Below, in pieces: positions 42,309 to 52,655 of a stretch of 61,238 nucleotides of DNA (its first letter is position 1; each line of letters starts with the position of its first letter). The notes under the pieces are model-generated. The model did no database searches. It saw nothing but the letters and a program-made list of their open reading frames with translations, and had not been told where the DNA came from. Source of the DNA: Limisphaerales bacterium (lineage in GTDB: Bacteria > Verrucomicrobiota > Verrucomicrobiia > Limisphaerales > JAJOIW01); contig CBFHOE010000004.1 of assembly GCA_965657355.1 (NCBI GenBank), positions 246,055-307,292 of the forward strand, given 5' to 3'. The position numbers and the translations under genes are program-made.

Positions 42309-43979
42309 ATGTTCGGATTCTTTTCATGGACATTGCTTATCCTCATTGCTGCCGCTGGAGTGGAGGTAGTTTCGGGGTACGATGGTTCTCAAGTGGTCAT
42401 CGTATACAACGTTAAATTTGAGGGGTCGGAATCTATTGCTCAGCATTATGCAAATAAAAGAAATGTCCCATTGTCTCAGATTGTTGGACTGCCTTTGCCT
42501 GAAAGCGAAACTATCAGCAGGAATGATTATCAAGCTCTTATTGAAAAACCCATTCTTAGTTTTTTAAAAACTAATGGCTTGATGGATCTCAGGACGGAAA
42601 AAGTTAAAAACGAAATCGGTAAAGAAACAGGGCAGCTTGTAATAAGTGGTGAAAGCGCCATTAAATACCTGGTTTTATGCCGTGGAGTTCCTTTGAAAAT
42701 TAAAAATGACACCTCGTTATCAAAATCGGAGGAGATTGAAAATATACAAAGAAATATGCGAAAGAACGAGGCCTCTGTAGACAATGAATTGGCGGCCTTG
42801 CCGATGCGTGTTATCACCCCATTAAGAAGCGGATTTGTCATCAACCCTACATATAAATCCGACTCAAAAGATATCCACACCCCTTTAAATGGGCTTCTTA
42901 TGGTTACGCGGCTTGATGGCCCATCTCATGAGATTGCTTTGGCTTTAGTCGACAAAGCCGTCAGGGCTGAGAAATTTGGGCTTTGGGGAAAGGTCTACGT
43001 AGACCACAGAGGGCTTGAGAATGGAAAATATATTCGGGGAGATAATAATATGAAATCCGTCGTCGATCTATCAAAAAAGAATGGTTTTGAGGTTGTTGTT
43101 GAGCCGACGGCTAAGCTTTTTCCCTCGGGGTTTCCGATGGATCAAATTATGTTCTATTGTGGTTGGTATTCAAGTTCGCAAACAGGAGCTTTTTCCGACG
43201 GGTACGTAGAATTTTCAGATGGAGCTTTTGGTTATCACCTCCATTCATACAGTGCCTCAACCATACGATCTAAAGACCAAAGATGGGTAGGGCCATTACT
43301 CAGCCAGGGGGCTACAGCTGTAATGGGCACCGTTTATGAGCCGTATTTAGAGTTCACACCTAACATGACTATTTTCTGGGAGAAAATATTAGATGGTTAT
43401 AATTTGGCACAAGCAGGATACTCTTCGTTAAACTGCCTATCCTGGCAAAGTGTCATCGTAGGAGATCCATTATATTGTCCTTTTAAGGATTACCTCGAGG
43501 AAAGGCACGCTTTTAACAAAAAAAACAAATCGCCCAATCTTGGCCACTCATTGTTAGCCATTCTAAAAAGGGATGCTTACTACTCTGAATTTGACAGCAG
43601 AGAATTGAGAAGCAAAATTCTTGCTCACCCCGATTTTTCTTTAGCAGAGAGGCTCAGTCCAGATTTACATGAATATCTCATAAAGATTATTCCCTCAGGT
43701 ATTGAGATTGAAAATGTTTTGAATCACTACCGAGCAGCTTTAAGTTTGACCAAATCTGAAATACAAAAACTAAGATTGGCTTTGGGCTTTGCAAATCTTC
43801 ACAGGACATTTGGTGACCCTAAAGAAGCACTGAAAATATACCAATTTATCTTAACAAAATACGATGCTATCGAGGATAGAAAAAGGGTTGTTTCGCATTT
43901 GAACGATCTGACTCAAAAATACGGTGAACCGAAAGATAAAATTCTTTTTCGCCGACTTATCCAAAAACGGGGGCGTTAA
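42309..43979 (+). CDS. TIGR03790 family protein
   Basis: VVIVYN...S..IA.HY...R, ASVDNEL, TRLDGP, YCGWY, HLHSYSA, GTVYEPYL, GDPLY; TPR-like C-terminus. Confidence 0.85.
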   Translation: MFGFFSWTLLILIAAAGVEVVSGYDGSQVVIVYNVKFEGSESIAQHYANKRNVPLSQIVGLPLPESETISRNDYQALIEKPILSFLKTNGLMDLRTEKVKNEIGKETGQLVISGESAIKYLVLCRGVPLKIKNDTSLSKSEEIENIQRNMRKNEASVDNELAALPMRVITPLRSGFVINPTYKSDSKDIHTPLNGLLMVTRLDGPSHEIALALVDKAVRAEKFGLWGKVYVDHRGLENGKYIRGDNNMKSVVDLSKKNGFEVVVEPTAKLFPSGFPMDQIMFYCGWYSSSQTGAFSDGYVEFSDGAFGYHLHSYSASTIRSKDQRWVGPLLSQGATAVMGTVYEPYLEFTPNMTIFWEKILDGYNLAQAGYSSLNCLSWQSVIVGDPLYCPFKDYLEERHAFNKKNKSPNLGHSLLAILKRDAYYSEFDSRELRSKILAHPDFSLAERLSPDLHEYLIKIIPSGIEIENVLNHYRAALSLTKSEIQKLRLALGFANLHRTFGDPKEALKIYQFILTKYDAIEDRKRVVSHLNDLTQKYGEPKDKILFRRLIQKRGR

Positions 43980-43989
43980 AGTTTGAATT

Positions 43990-44676
43990 ATGTGTGGGAG
44001 GTTTGCTTCTAAAGGTAGCGCGCGCGAAATCGCCAAGCAACTTGGAGTGGAAGAGATTGCTCTTCCTGAGGAATATAACATCGCGCCGACACAATACGCA
44101 TCCGCGATTGTTGCCGATCCAGACCCCAGATGGACTTTGTTGCGTTGGGGGCTTATACCACCCTGGGCAAAAGACATCGATATTGGTCAGAAACTCATAA
44201 ACGCAAGAAGTGAGACAATCATGGAAAAGCCGAGTTACAGATCGGCATTTAAACGAAGGAGGTGCCTCATTCCTTCACTTGGCTACTACGAATGGTTACG
44301 CCAAGGAAAGTCTAAGCAGCCATACTTTAATACTTTTTTGGATGACCGTCTTCTTGTTATGGCCGGGATCTGGGAGCATTGGCAATCTCCAGAGGGAACA
44401 GAATTGGAGACATTTTCAGTGCTCACCACTCAGGCAAGCCCAATGGTTTCTCACATACATAATCGGATGCCAATCATATTAGAGAGAGACGAATGGGCAA
44501 TATGGCTGGACCATTCGTCGGAAAAGGTTCACGACCAAATCTCATTGATGCGACCTTACCTCGACGATCAATTTCACTGTTACAAAGTAAGCATGGAAGT
44601 GAATTCTGTCAGAAATAATCATTCAAAACTTATTGAACCACTTAATGACACTCCAGATTTATTTCCTGGTTTTTAG
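43990..44676 (+). CDS. SOS response-associated peptidase (SRAP/YedK/HMCES family, abasic-site protection)
   Basis: MCGRF (catalytic Cys2), YNIAPT, WGLIP, INARSET, RRCLIP, YYEW, HNRMP. Confidence 0.95.
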   Translation: MCGRFASKGSAREIAKQLGVEEIALPEEYNIAPTQYASAIVADPDPRWTLLRWGLIPPWAKDIDIGQKLINARSETIMEKPSYRSAFKRRRCLIPSLGYYEWLRQGKSKQPYFNTFLDDRLLVMAGIWEHWQSPEGTELETFSVLTTQASPMVSHIHNRMPIILERDEWAIWLDHSSEKVHDQISLMRPYLDDQFHCYKVSMEVNSVRNNHSKLIEPLNDTPDLFPGF

Positions 44677-44681
44677 CTAGA

Positions 44682-45938
44682 TTATTTTCCAATGCAATAA
44701 AGGTGGCCCGATGTTCTTAAATACATTTTACCATTGGCAACAGCAGGCGTGGAGTGGGATTCCTCTCCTAGGTCATATTTAGATACCATTTCATATTTAT
44801 CGCTGGCCCTGATGATAGTAACGACTCCGGATGTAGAAATAGCAAAAATATGACCGCTAGCCAGGACAGGCGAACCGAAATAGCGCATTCCAGTTCTTTC
44901 CGAGTAAATATTTTTACCAGTTTTTAAATCCATCAATGAAACAATTCCCTGGTCGCTTATGAAATAGATTTTTTCATCAACGACCAGCGGGGTAGGAACG
45001 TATGGAGCCGAACGTCGGAATTTATAGATTAATTTCGGAGTCATTATTTTTGAGGTATTGTCTGGAGCAGATATCGCAACCACGTAATTTCCGCCACCAC
45101 CGCTACCGCATGAACCAAATATCATGTCTTTGGAAAAAACTGGAGAGCTTACACTCCTTTTATCAAATAAACCGTCATTCTTTTCCCATAAAACAGCTCC
45201 CGTATCCGGTGCAACACCCGTTATGCCGTGTGTCGAACTGTTGAAAACCAGATAGGGCTGGCCTTTGGCAGGTTTAAATAGACAAGGGGTTGAGTAAGCC
45301 GCTTTAGTGCCAGATCCTCTTTCTACCCTCCATATCTGATTTCCTGTTTCTGTATCGAAAGCCACCAAATAGGAAACCCCGAGTTGATCATTTGCGAAAA
45401 TAACTTTATTACCATGAATCATTGGAGAATTGGCTGGCCCGTGCTGACTTTCAAAAGGGCCAAGGTCTTTTTGCCATTCGATATTTCCACTGTGGTCCAA
45501 TGCCACCAACCGGATATTCTCAGGCGTTCCCCAAGTGAAGAATACTTTGTCCTTGGTTAAAGCTGCGGAAGTAGATGCATGGCTATTGAACCGGTGTATG
45601 CTGTAGTCAGATGCTTCGAAGGGTTTTTCCCAAATAATTTTTCCATCTTTTGCGTCAAAGCATATGAGTGTTTGCGTCTGTTCATTACGCTTCACGGTAG
45701 ACAGAAAGAGTTTGTCTCCCCAAAGAACTGGCGAAGAATGGGCTTTTCCGGGGACAGAGACCTTCCATTTAACATTTTCATCACTCCATTTCGTCGGGAT
45801 TTCAGCATCAGGGTTTGCTATGCCGGTGCCATTAGGTCCTCTAAATCTAGTCCATTCCTGAGCATTAGCATAATTAAATGCGGTGACTAGGTAGGTGGAT
45901 AGAAAACAAATCAAGACACTCTTTGAATATTTATTCAT
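44682..45938 (-). CDS. PQQ-like beta-propeller repeat protein
   Basis: Signal peptide; WTRFRGPNG, HSSPV, YSTP, YVPTP, repeated DxxTG.xxW. Confidence 0.88.
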   Translation of the reverse strand: MNKYSKSVLICFLSTYLVTAFNYANAQEWTRFRGPNGTGIANPDAEIPTKWSDENVKWKVSVPGKAHSSPVLWGDKLFLSTVKRNEQTQTLICFDAKDGKIIWEKPFEASDYSIHRFNSHASTSAALTKDKVFFTWGTPENIRLVALDHSGNIEWQKDLGPFESQHGPANSPMIHGNKVIFANDQLGVSYLVAFDTETGNQIWRVERGSGTKAAYSTPCLFKPAKGQPYLVFNSSTHGITGVAPDTGAVLWEKNDGLFDKRSVSSPVFSKDMIFGSCGSGGGGNYVVAISAPDNTSKIMTPKLIYKFRRSAPYVPTPLVVDEKIYFISDQGIVSLMDLKTGKNIYSERTGMRYFGSPVLASGHIFAISTSGVVTIIRASDKYEMVSKYDLGEESHSTPAVANGKMYLRTSGHLYCIGK

Positions 45939-46041
45939 CGCTTTACGGGGTTGGTTCTGTGGGCAATTAATACCAATAATAAAAATATGTTTCAACCAGC
46001 TTAAACTGGAACAGCTGCAACAGGTTTTGATTTGCCGTATT

Positions 46042-47223
46042 TTATAATTTGGGTTTGAGCTTGAGTTGTCTCACATCCATTACGGCTGCCTTAGCTTTTT
46101 TTACAGCTTTAACCCAAAGGCGATATATTCCTGGTTTCGAGAATTTTAAAATTCCAAGTTCTCGCGGGATGAAATTTTGGAAATGCCCGGTATCCTCAAC
46201 AACAAAAGGAAATGATTGGCCATGACACTGGACCACGGCATCACTTCCCCCGTGGCCTTTTCCGCACCCTTGATGAATTTCCACAACATATTCCCCTGGA
46301 GATATGACTTTAAAATCCCAATAAAACGAATCTTTTACATTTACCCAAAAACCGTTGGTTATCTTGTGTGGTTGTGGTTCGTATTGAAGTTTGGTTGACT
46401 GTAATGTTGAATTTTTAGAATGGAGTGTGATTTCGGAGCCCGGAATTTTTTGTTCGGGCAGGACACCTTCACTCGTTGGTATGAGTATCACTGAAAGAGA
46501 TGATTGGTTATCTCCAGGTTTCGGGTCATTGATTCTAGGGAGCTTCTTTGAATTTGAAAATTCGAGACCAAATTTTCTCGTTTTTCCTTTTTCTATGGTT
46601 AATTTTCCCAAATAGAGAGAGGCATTGTGAACTTGATTAAATTTGGTCAGTTTTGTGACCATAGGTTTATTGGTTTCATAATAAAACGATGCTTTGCCCT
46701 CAGCTTCGATTGAATTAGTCACAACCCAGGCTTGGTAGGTACCGGGTCGTGATGGGGTATAGTTCCAGACCCATTTATTTGACGCCTCTTGATTTTCCTG
46801 AAATGCATGGAGAGAAAGAGTTCCAGTTGGACTTTGATAGAAATATCCTGAAGGCTTCTTTCCTTTGCCTTTTTTGTCGATAGGAGTTTTCCAAGATTGT
46901 TGGGAGTGAACCCTGATTGATTTCACTGCATCATGGAGTTTGTCCATCAAAACAACTTTGATCATATCTCCACTAGTGTGAATGGATTTGGACGAAATCT
47001 GCTCCCTTTGACCTGTTTCTACCCAGACAAAATCAGTTCCGTTTTTCGGAATTACAATGGTGTCCTCTCTGATTTCGTCCCTCGAGAAAGTGAATATGAT
47101 TTCGTTTTGAGCGGTTTCATCTTTATTAAGAATTTTAAAAGCATTGGCTTGTGACCATCCAAAATATGTTGCTAACGCAAATAGTGTGGCCAGTCTGATT
47201 GAAGTTTTAACGCAGGGAATCAT
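46042..47223 (-). CDS. Secreted hypothetical protein with C-terminal beta-sandwich (CBM-like) domain
   Basis: Signal peptide; C-terminal 'LQYEPQPHK..GFW...GEYVVEIHQGCGKGHGGS..VEDTGHFQNF' beta-rich module. Confidence 0.55.
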   Translation of the reverse strand: MIPCVKTSIRLATLFALATYFGWSQANAFKILNKDETAQNEIIFTFSRDEIREDTIVIPKNGTDFVWVETGQREQISSKSIHTSGDMIKVVLMDKLHDAVKSIRVHSQQSWKTPIDKKGKGKKPSGYFYQSPTGTLSLHAFQENQEASNKWVWNYTPSRPGTYQAWVVTNSIEAEGKASFYYETNKPMVTKLTKFNQVHNASLYLGKLTIEKGKTRKFGLEFSNSKKLPRINDPKPGDNQSSLSVILIPTSEGVLPEQKIPGSEITLHSKNSTLQSTKLQYEPQPHKITNGFWVNVKDSFYWDFKVISPGEYVVEIHQGCGKGHGGSDAVVQCHGQSFPFVVEDTGHFQNFIPRELGILKFSKPGIYRLWVKAVKKAKAAVMDVRQLKLKPKL

Positions 47224-47455
47224 GCTATTAATGGACCTGTTAATCTGAATCGTGGCAATCAAAAAAATATCCTGTAAAGATTAGCCTGAAAAAGCCCATC
47301 AATGTATGCCCGCGGAGGATAATTATCGACTTTAAAAAATCTTCTCACCCCACTGGTTGTTTTATCTAATAGGTGGTATATTTTTAATGATATGATCTTG
47401 CTTTTTTGTTGAAGCAAACTGATTTTCTAAACCAAAGTTCGTTAGGAGTGACATT

Positions 47456-48127
47456 ATGAGAATGGCAACCTCTGAGTATCAAATTGTGCTTTCGCATAAC
47501 GATCGAGAATTTATTCATCAGATCTTAGATCCAGACCTCATTCATTCTGATGCATTAAATACATTATTGTCTGACCACGACAGTTTGATTTTGCTTCTGG
47601 ACAATGTTCGTCTTTACGACGCCGTTATCAATCAAAGCCAACAATTAAGCATATCCACACACCTGTTTTTTTATATTATTCTTAGAAGGGAACTGAAAGA
47701 ATCCCATATGCAGAGCGTGACTATCCCTGAATACCTTTCGTGGTCGCTAAAGGAATTTTCGATTGATCATCCCATCTGGAAAAAGGATTTAAACCAGTTG
47801 CAAACACACTTTCTTAATGCCGTTGACTTCATGGATTTATTAAAATCGGTGAATTCTTATCAAAAGTTTTCACTCGAATTATGGGCAGGCAATTACTATC
47901 TCATTTGGTCCGGTATTTTTCATGACTTCCTTGAGCGGAGGGAGGTCTGTCATGGTTCACCCGGTGTTCAATTTTATGAGCGTCTTGGGTTGTCGAGTTT
48001 CCATTATGCTCAAAGCCACCCGCTGGCTCAGGAATTTGAAATGACCCAAATTCTAGATGAAATAGTGGGCGAATATTTTACCGTTAGAAAAGTCCTCTCA
48101 AGGGTTTCTGATGAAATCCTCGTCTAA
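47456..48127 (+). CDS. Hypothetical cytoplasmic protein
   Basis: 223-aa ORF with AGGAG RBS; helical; FFYIILRR, GNYYL..SGIF, FYE..G; function not recognised. Confidence 0.7.
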   Translation: MRMATSEYQIVLSHNDREFIHQILDPDLIHSDALNTLLSDHDSLILLLDNVRLYDAVINQSQQLSISTHLFFYIILRRELKESHMQSVTIPEYLSWSLKEFSIDHPIWKKDLNQLQTHFLNAVDFMDLLKSVNSYQKFSLELWAGNYYLIWSGIFHDFLERREVCHGSPGVQFYERLGLSSFHYAQSHPLAQEFEMTQILDEIVGEYFTVRKVLSRVSDEILV

Positions 48128-48188
48128 GCTAAAACGGGGCTTTTTTTTGCCAGTTTTGTCTTGTGTCAGCGTGTGATACCGACAGTTG

Positions 48189-48197
48189 TGTTATAAT
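48189..48197 (+). promoter_or_regulatory. Putative extended -10 sigma70 promoter of the SBP/vWA/TelA cluster
   Basis: TG-T-TATAAT about 170 nt upstream of ATG 48369; no convincing -35. Confidence 0.4.
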
Positions 48198-48368
48198 TTA
48201 GGTGCGATTTTGTAGTAGCGCTCATCAGTTTCCAATTTATTGTTGAGAAAGACAGCACCTTTGTGCTTTTCTATTTATGGCTAGACGTTGCCTAAAGATG
48301 TCCATCTTATGGCATCAAACGGGAAGGCCCAGATTCTCTAAATTACGCTAACTCTATTTTTTGGCTAA

Positions 48369-50129
48369 ATGAAAAATATTAAATATTTGAACGCATTTGT
48401 CTGCTCTCTGTTAGCTCTCAGCTTCTCAGTATCCATTTCGCAAGAAAACAGATATCTCAAAACGGAGCCTTTGGTTGAAAAATTGAAGGATTCTGTCAAG
48501 CCATGGGATAATTCTAAAACGGTTGTTAAAGTCCCACTCATTGCATGGGGGGCTGACATGCAGACGATTCTGGCTAATGGAAATGGGAGAACCACTCAGC
48601 AGGGAAGTATTTTTCAAACTAAAGGTCTCAATTTAGAACTCTATAGAGAGGATGTGTTTGAAGACCAGGTCAGAGCTTATCTCAAAGGCGAAACTCCATT
48701 TTTACGAGGGACGCTGGGAATGATTAATATGGCTGCAGAAGTCGCAAATCGATCCCCCTTAACCAAACTCAATGTGATTTACCAATTGAGTTGGTCTGCT
48801 GGAGGAGATGCATTGGTTGTCAAAGATAACATCCGCAAACCCACTGATCTGAAAGGTAAAACTGTGGCTGTTCAAGCCTACGGGCCTCATGTTGATTACC
48901 TTACGACGGTTCTCTCAAGCGTTGGGCTTAAGCCATCAGATATCACTATAAAATGGGTTCCTGATCTCTTTGATGTCGGGGAGGGCTCCTACAGCCCTGC
49001 TATGGCCCTGCAATCAGACAATGCGGTTGATGCTGCCATGGTCATCATACCTGACGCACTAGCTTTGACATCCGGTGGTAACGTTGGTACGGGTGCCGAA
49101 CAGTCCGTTTCGGGAGCCAAAATTTTGTTATCAACAAAAACAGCTGACCGAATTATTTCCGATGTTTACGCGGTTAGACAGGATTTTGTAGACAATAACC
49201 CCGGGTATATTGAAAAATTTGTTGCTGGATTATTGGAAGGTGAACAGGACCTCAGGAAACTCTCACAAGAGAAAAATGATTCATGGAAGTCGCTGGTGAA
49301 GGCATCCGCTGGTATTCTTCTTGATGACGATAATGCGGTCGAAGACATGGGAGCTATGTTATCTGACGCATATCTCTCCGGATTACAGGGCAATATCAAA
49401 TTTTTCCAAGATGGTAAATATTTGCGTCGTTTTGAGGTTCTAAATCAGGAAATTCAATCGGCTTTCACTAATTTGTCGCTCATAAAAACCGAATCTCCCA
49501 TATCCGGGCCTCATTTTGAATTTGATACGATAGCGGATGTCGGTAGCGATTTTGAGGAGACTATAGAAGAAACTGGGTTTGACCCTAATCTTGTGGCTGC
49601 CATTATTTCTAAAAAGAATCAGGAAGATTCACTTGAGGATGGAGAGCTATATTCCTTTGAAATACACTTTTCTCCCAACCAGAATAGCTTCTCTTCAGAT
49701 CAGTATGAAAATGAGTTTAAAAGAGTCATGCAGTTGGTTGCGACATACGGCGGGGCTTTACTGACTATCGAAGGGCACAGTGACCCACTAGGGTATCTCA
49801 AATTTAAAAAAGAGGGTAAGGACAGAGATACTCTAAATAAAATAAAACAAACAGCAAAAAATTTGAGTTACAAAAGGGCCACTTCCGTCAAAAAAAGTCT
49901 CATGACATTCGCCGGTGAACTTGGTGTCGAACTCGATGAGAATCAGTTTGGTATCATCGGGCATGGAATCATGAAACCCAACACTTCTGGCGTTGCCTAT
50001 GATAACACCGGTGACCTCGCATTGTCAGCGGCGCCCAAAACAAAAGAGGAATGGGAATTAAGCAGGCGAGTCGTTTTTCGACTCATTCAGGTTGAAGCCG
50101 AAACAAAGACATTTGAACCTATTTTTTAA
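48369..50129 (+). CDS. NMT1/THI5-like periplasmic substrate-binding domain fused to OmpA-like C-terminal domain
   Basis: Signal peptide; WSAGGDALVV, DLKGKTVAV, ISDVYAVR (class II SBP); IHFSPN, IEGHSD, LSYKRA, RRVVF (OmpA-C). Confidence 0.8.
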   Translation: MKNIKYLNAFVCSLLALSFSVSISQENRYLKTEPLVEKLKDSVKPWDNSKTVVKVPLIAWGADMQTILANGNGRTTQQGSIFQTKGLNLELYREDVFEDQVRAYLKGETPFLRGTLGMINMAAEVANRSPLTKLNVIYQLSWSAGGDALVVKDNIRKPTDLKGKTVAVQAYGPHVDYLTTVLSSVGLKPSDITIKWVPDLFDVGEGSYSPAMALQSDNAVDAAMVIIPDALALTSGGNVGTGAEQSVSGAKILLSTKTADRIISDVYAVRQDFVDNNPGYIEKFVAGLLEGEQDLRKLSQEKNDSWKSLVKASAGILLDDDNAVEDMGAMLSDAYLSGLQGNIKFFQDGKYLRRFEVLNQEIQSAFTNLSLIKTESPISGPHFEFDTIADVGSDFEETIEETGFDPNLVAAIISKKNQEDSLEDGELYSFEIHFSPNQNSFSSDQYENEFKRVMQLVATYGGALLTIEGHSDPLGYLKFKKEGKDRDTLNKIKQTAKNLSYKRATSVKKSLMTFAGELGVELDENQFGIIGHGIMKPNTSGVAYDNTGDLALSAAPKTKEEWELSRRVVFRLIQVEAETKTFEPIF

Positions 50130-50152
50130 CCCAAAAGAAAAAACTTAATCAA

Positions 50153-51001
50153 ATGAAAGCGTTTCATCGTTACTTTGAAAAATTCATCATATGGGGTATT
50201 GCCGCATTTGTCGTAGCCGGATGTGATACGGAATCAAACAATTACAATATCACCGTCAAGCAACGGTCTGCTCCGGAGGTCAGGCAGCCTCAATCGTCAT
50301 ACGAAGAAGCGACACAAGATGCCAAAAAAGTGGAGGATCAAACGAGTAGACTTCAATCAAGAGTGGTCAATGAACCCAAAATCTGGCCCATAAGTTCCGA
50401 TGAAAACATCGATTTCTCTGACGACTTTATGGCTGAAAATTATTACATCGTCTTGGACGCCAGCGGTAGTATGGCCAAATACGTCCCGACAGGTAATGGT
50501 CATGAAAAAAGAATCCAGGTGGCAAAAGATGCTATTCAAACTTTCGTCAAAGGTTTGTCCAGTGACGTTAATCTCGGATTGCTGACTTTCGAGCCCACCA
50601 GAGAATTGGTTGAACTTGGTCCTGATAATCATCAGCAAGTATTAAAATATACCAGAAGAATTATTCCGACAGGAAGGACCCCATTGTACAATTCCATAAA
50701 AAGAGGTTCACGAGCTCTTGAGACGCAAGCTCGCCGTCAATCCGGATACGGTACATACAAACTCATAATAGTAACTGATGGCAGATCTACGGACGGTGAT
50801 CCGTCGAGTTTGGCTCGCGAGATAGTATCTAATTCACCCATTGAAATACATGTCATAGGTTTTGCTCTAAAAACCCACTCACTAGATATTCCCGGGGTTA
50901 CTCAATACGTTACTGCGAATTCTACGGAAGAACTTATTCAAGCGCTTACTGATGTGACAAAATCAGAAATTGAAATTTTTGATGTTTCAGAATTTAATTA
51001 A
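50153..51001 (+). CDS. vWA-domain lipoprotein
   Basis: Lipobox VAGC; MIDAS VLDASGSM, GRTPL, IVTDG; HVIGF. Confidence 0.9.
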   Translation: MKAFHRYFEKFIIWGIAAFVVAGCDTESNNYNITVKQRSAPEVRQPQSSYEEATQDAKKVEDQTSRLQSRVVNEPKIWPISSDENIDFSDDFMAENYYIVLDASGSMAKYVPTGNGHEKRIQVAKDAIQTFVKGLSSDVNLGLLTFEPTRELVELGPDNHQQVLKYTRRIIPTGRTPLYNSIKRGSRALETQARRQSGYGTYKLIIVTDGRSTDGDPSSLAREIVSNSPIEIHVIGFALKTHSLDIPGVTQYVTANSTEELIQALTDVTKSEIEIFDVSEFN

Positions 51002-51053
51002 AATCCAGCTCACCTCAAAATTGCCCTAGTATCCGGAAAGATTAATTTTATCC

Positions 51054-52586
51054 ATGTGGAAATTTATAACAGCAGCTTTGCTTTTTGTATTAGTTCTTGC
51101 AGGTGCACTCACCTTCAAATTTTTCCGTGACGAGCAGAACGAGGAGAAAAACCGAAATACGGCCCAACAGCAGAAAGGAACCATAAGCCTTGCCCTGGAT
51201 GCTTATGCCGGATACTACCCATTGCGTTCCGACCAAATGGTGACCGATATGCTCTCCAAAGGCTACAGATTGGCACTTAACCTTGATGAAGGAGACTATG
51301 CAGCTCGCATTGACATGCTGGAGAAGGGCGAAATTGATCTGGCCGTCTTCACCGTAGATTCATTCATTCTTAATGGAATGAAAAATGATTTTCCAGGAAC
51401 AATAATTGCCGTGCTGTCTGAGAGCAATGGTGCTGATGCTATCGTTGCTCGAGCTGATGTCGCATCCACACTGGATGACTTAAAAGAAAACAAAGACCTG
51501 AGAATAAGCTATACTCCAAAGTCTCCGAGTGAGCACCTCCTGAAAGTTGTTGGTTCTCATTTTGGTGTGGATCGATTTCTCGAAAAGCGTGGGAATTGGC
51601 GAGTAGGTTCGGATGGATCACAGGAGGCTATGGATAAGCTTAAAAATAACCAGTCGGATGTGGCTGTGATCTGGGAGCCGCACATCACACGTATCCTCGA
51701 TGACAAAAATTATGTCAAGCTGCTTGGCACTGAATCAACAAAAGGCATTATTGTTGATGTTCTTGTGGCCAGTCGGACGTTTCTTCAAGAAAACGGAGAA
51801 GAAGCGGAGCTCTTTCTTTCTACCTACTTCAAGGCCTTGAAAAGGTTGCGATCTGATCGTTCGAAGTTCGTCAGCGGATTATCAAAGATGGAAAAAGTGG
51901 ATAAGAAATTAGCAGAGAATATGGTTGAGGGTGTTGGCTTTTTCTCTCTATATGAGAATGCCGTTGATTGGTTCGGAATCCCCGTTGAAGGCCAAAAAGC
52001 AAATTTTGGGCTCTATCAGACTATAGAACAGACTTCCCAAATTCTTATTCAAGCAGGTGATTTTTCGTCAAGTCCATTACCAAGTGGAGACCCCAGAAAA
52101 ATATTCATAAGCAAATACATTGAAAACCTGCTGAACTCTTTTGATCCAAAGGGTTTGAGTGGTTCTAGTTCGAAAACCGTCTTCGAACCTTTGAGTGACG
52201 CTGCTTGGTCGCAATTAAAACCAATAGGAACATTAAAAATAGATCCCATACCCTTTAATACAGGATCGCAAAGTGTTGATACGACCGGAATCGAGTCTAT
52301 TGAAAAAATAATTGAAACGCTCTCAAGTTATCCCTCGCTTCGAATTTTAGTAGAGGGGCATACTGGAACGAGTGGTATCAGGGAGGCAAACATTGAATTA
52401 TCGAAACAAAGAGCAGGAGCTGTCGTCGAATCTCTGATTTCTCGATTTGGGATAAATCGAAATCGCCTAAGAGCCGTTGGTGTAGGACCCGATAAGCCTT
52501 TGGCTAGGTCCCAGGAAGAGAGTGTGCGTGCCTGGCGAAATAGACTTAGTAGGGTTGAAATAAAATTTCTTAAAGAAGTTTTCTGA
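51054..52586 (+). CDS. Membrane-anchored NMT1-like substrate-binding domain fused to OmpA-like domain
   Basis: N-terminal TM; ESNGADAIVA, AVIWEP, IVDVLVAS; IPFNTG, VEGHTG, NIELSKQRA, RVEI. Confidence 0.82.
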   Translation: MWKFITAALLFVLVLAGALTFKFFRDEQNEEKNRNTAQQQKGTISLALDAYAGYYPLRSDQMVTDMLSKGYRLALNLDEGDYAARIDMLEKGEIDLAVFTVDSFILNGMKNDFPGTIIAVLSESNGADAIVARADVASTLDDLKENKDLRISYTPKSPSEHLLKVVGSHFGVDRFLEKRGNWRVGSDGSQEAMDKLKNNQSDVAVIWEPHITRILDDKNYVKLLGTESTKGIIVDVLVASRTFLQENGEEAELFLSTYFKALKRLRSDRSKFVSGLSKMEKVDKKLAENMVEGVGFFSLYENAVDWFGIPVEGQKANFGLYQTIEQTSQILIQAGDFSSSPLPSGDPRKIFISKYIENLLNSFDPKGLSGSSSKTVFEPLSDAAWSQLKPIGTLKIDPIPFNTGSQSVDTTGIESIEKIIETLSSYPSLRILVEGHTGTSGIREANIELSKQRAGAVVESLISRFGINRNRLRAVGVGPDKPLARSQEESVRAWRNRLSRVEIKFLKEVF

Positions 52587-52655
52587 TACAAATTCTATAG
52601 AGCTGGAATATATTGACTTGGATGCGTAGAATGGCTTAGGAGTAAAAAACCAAAT

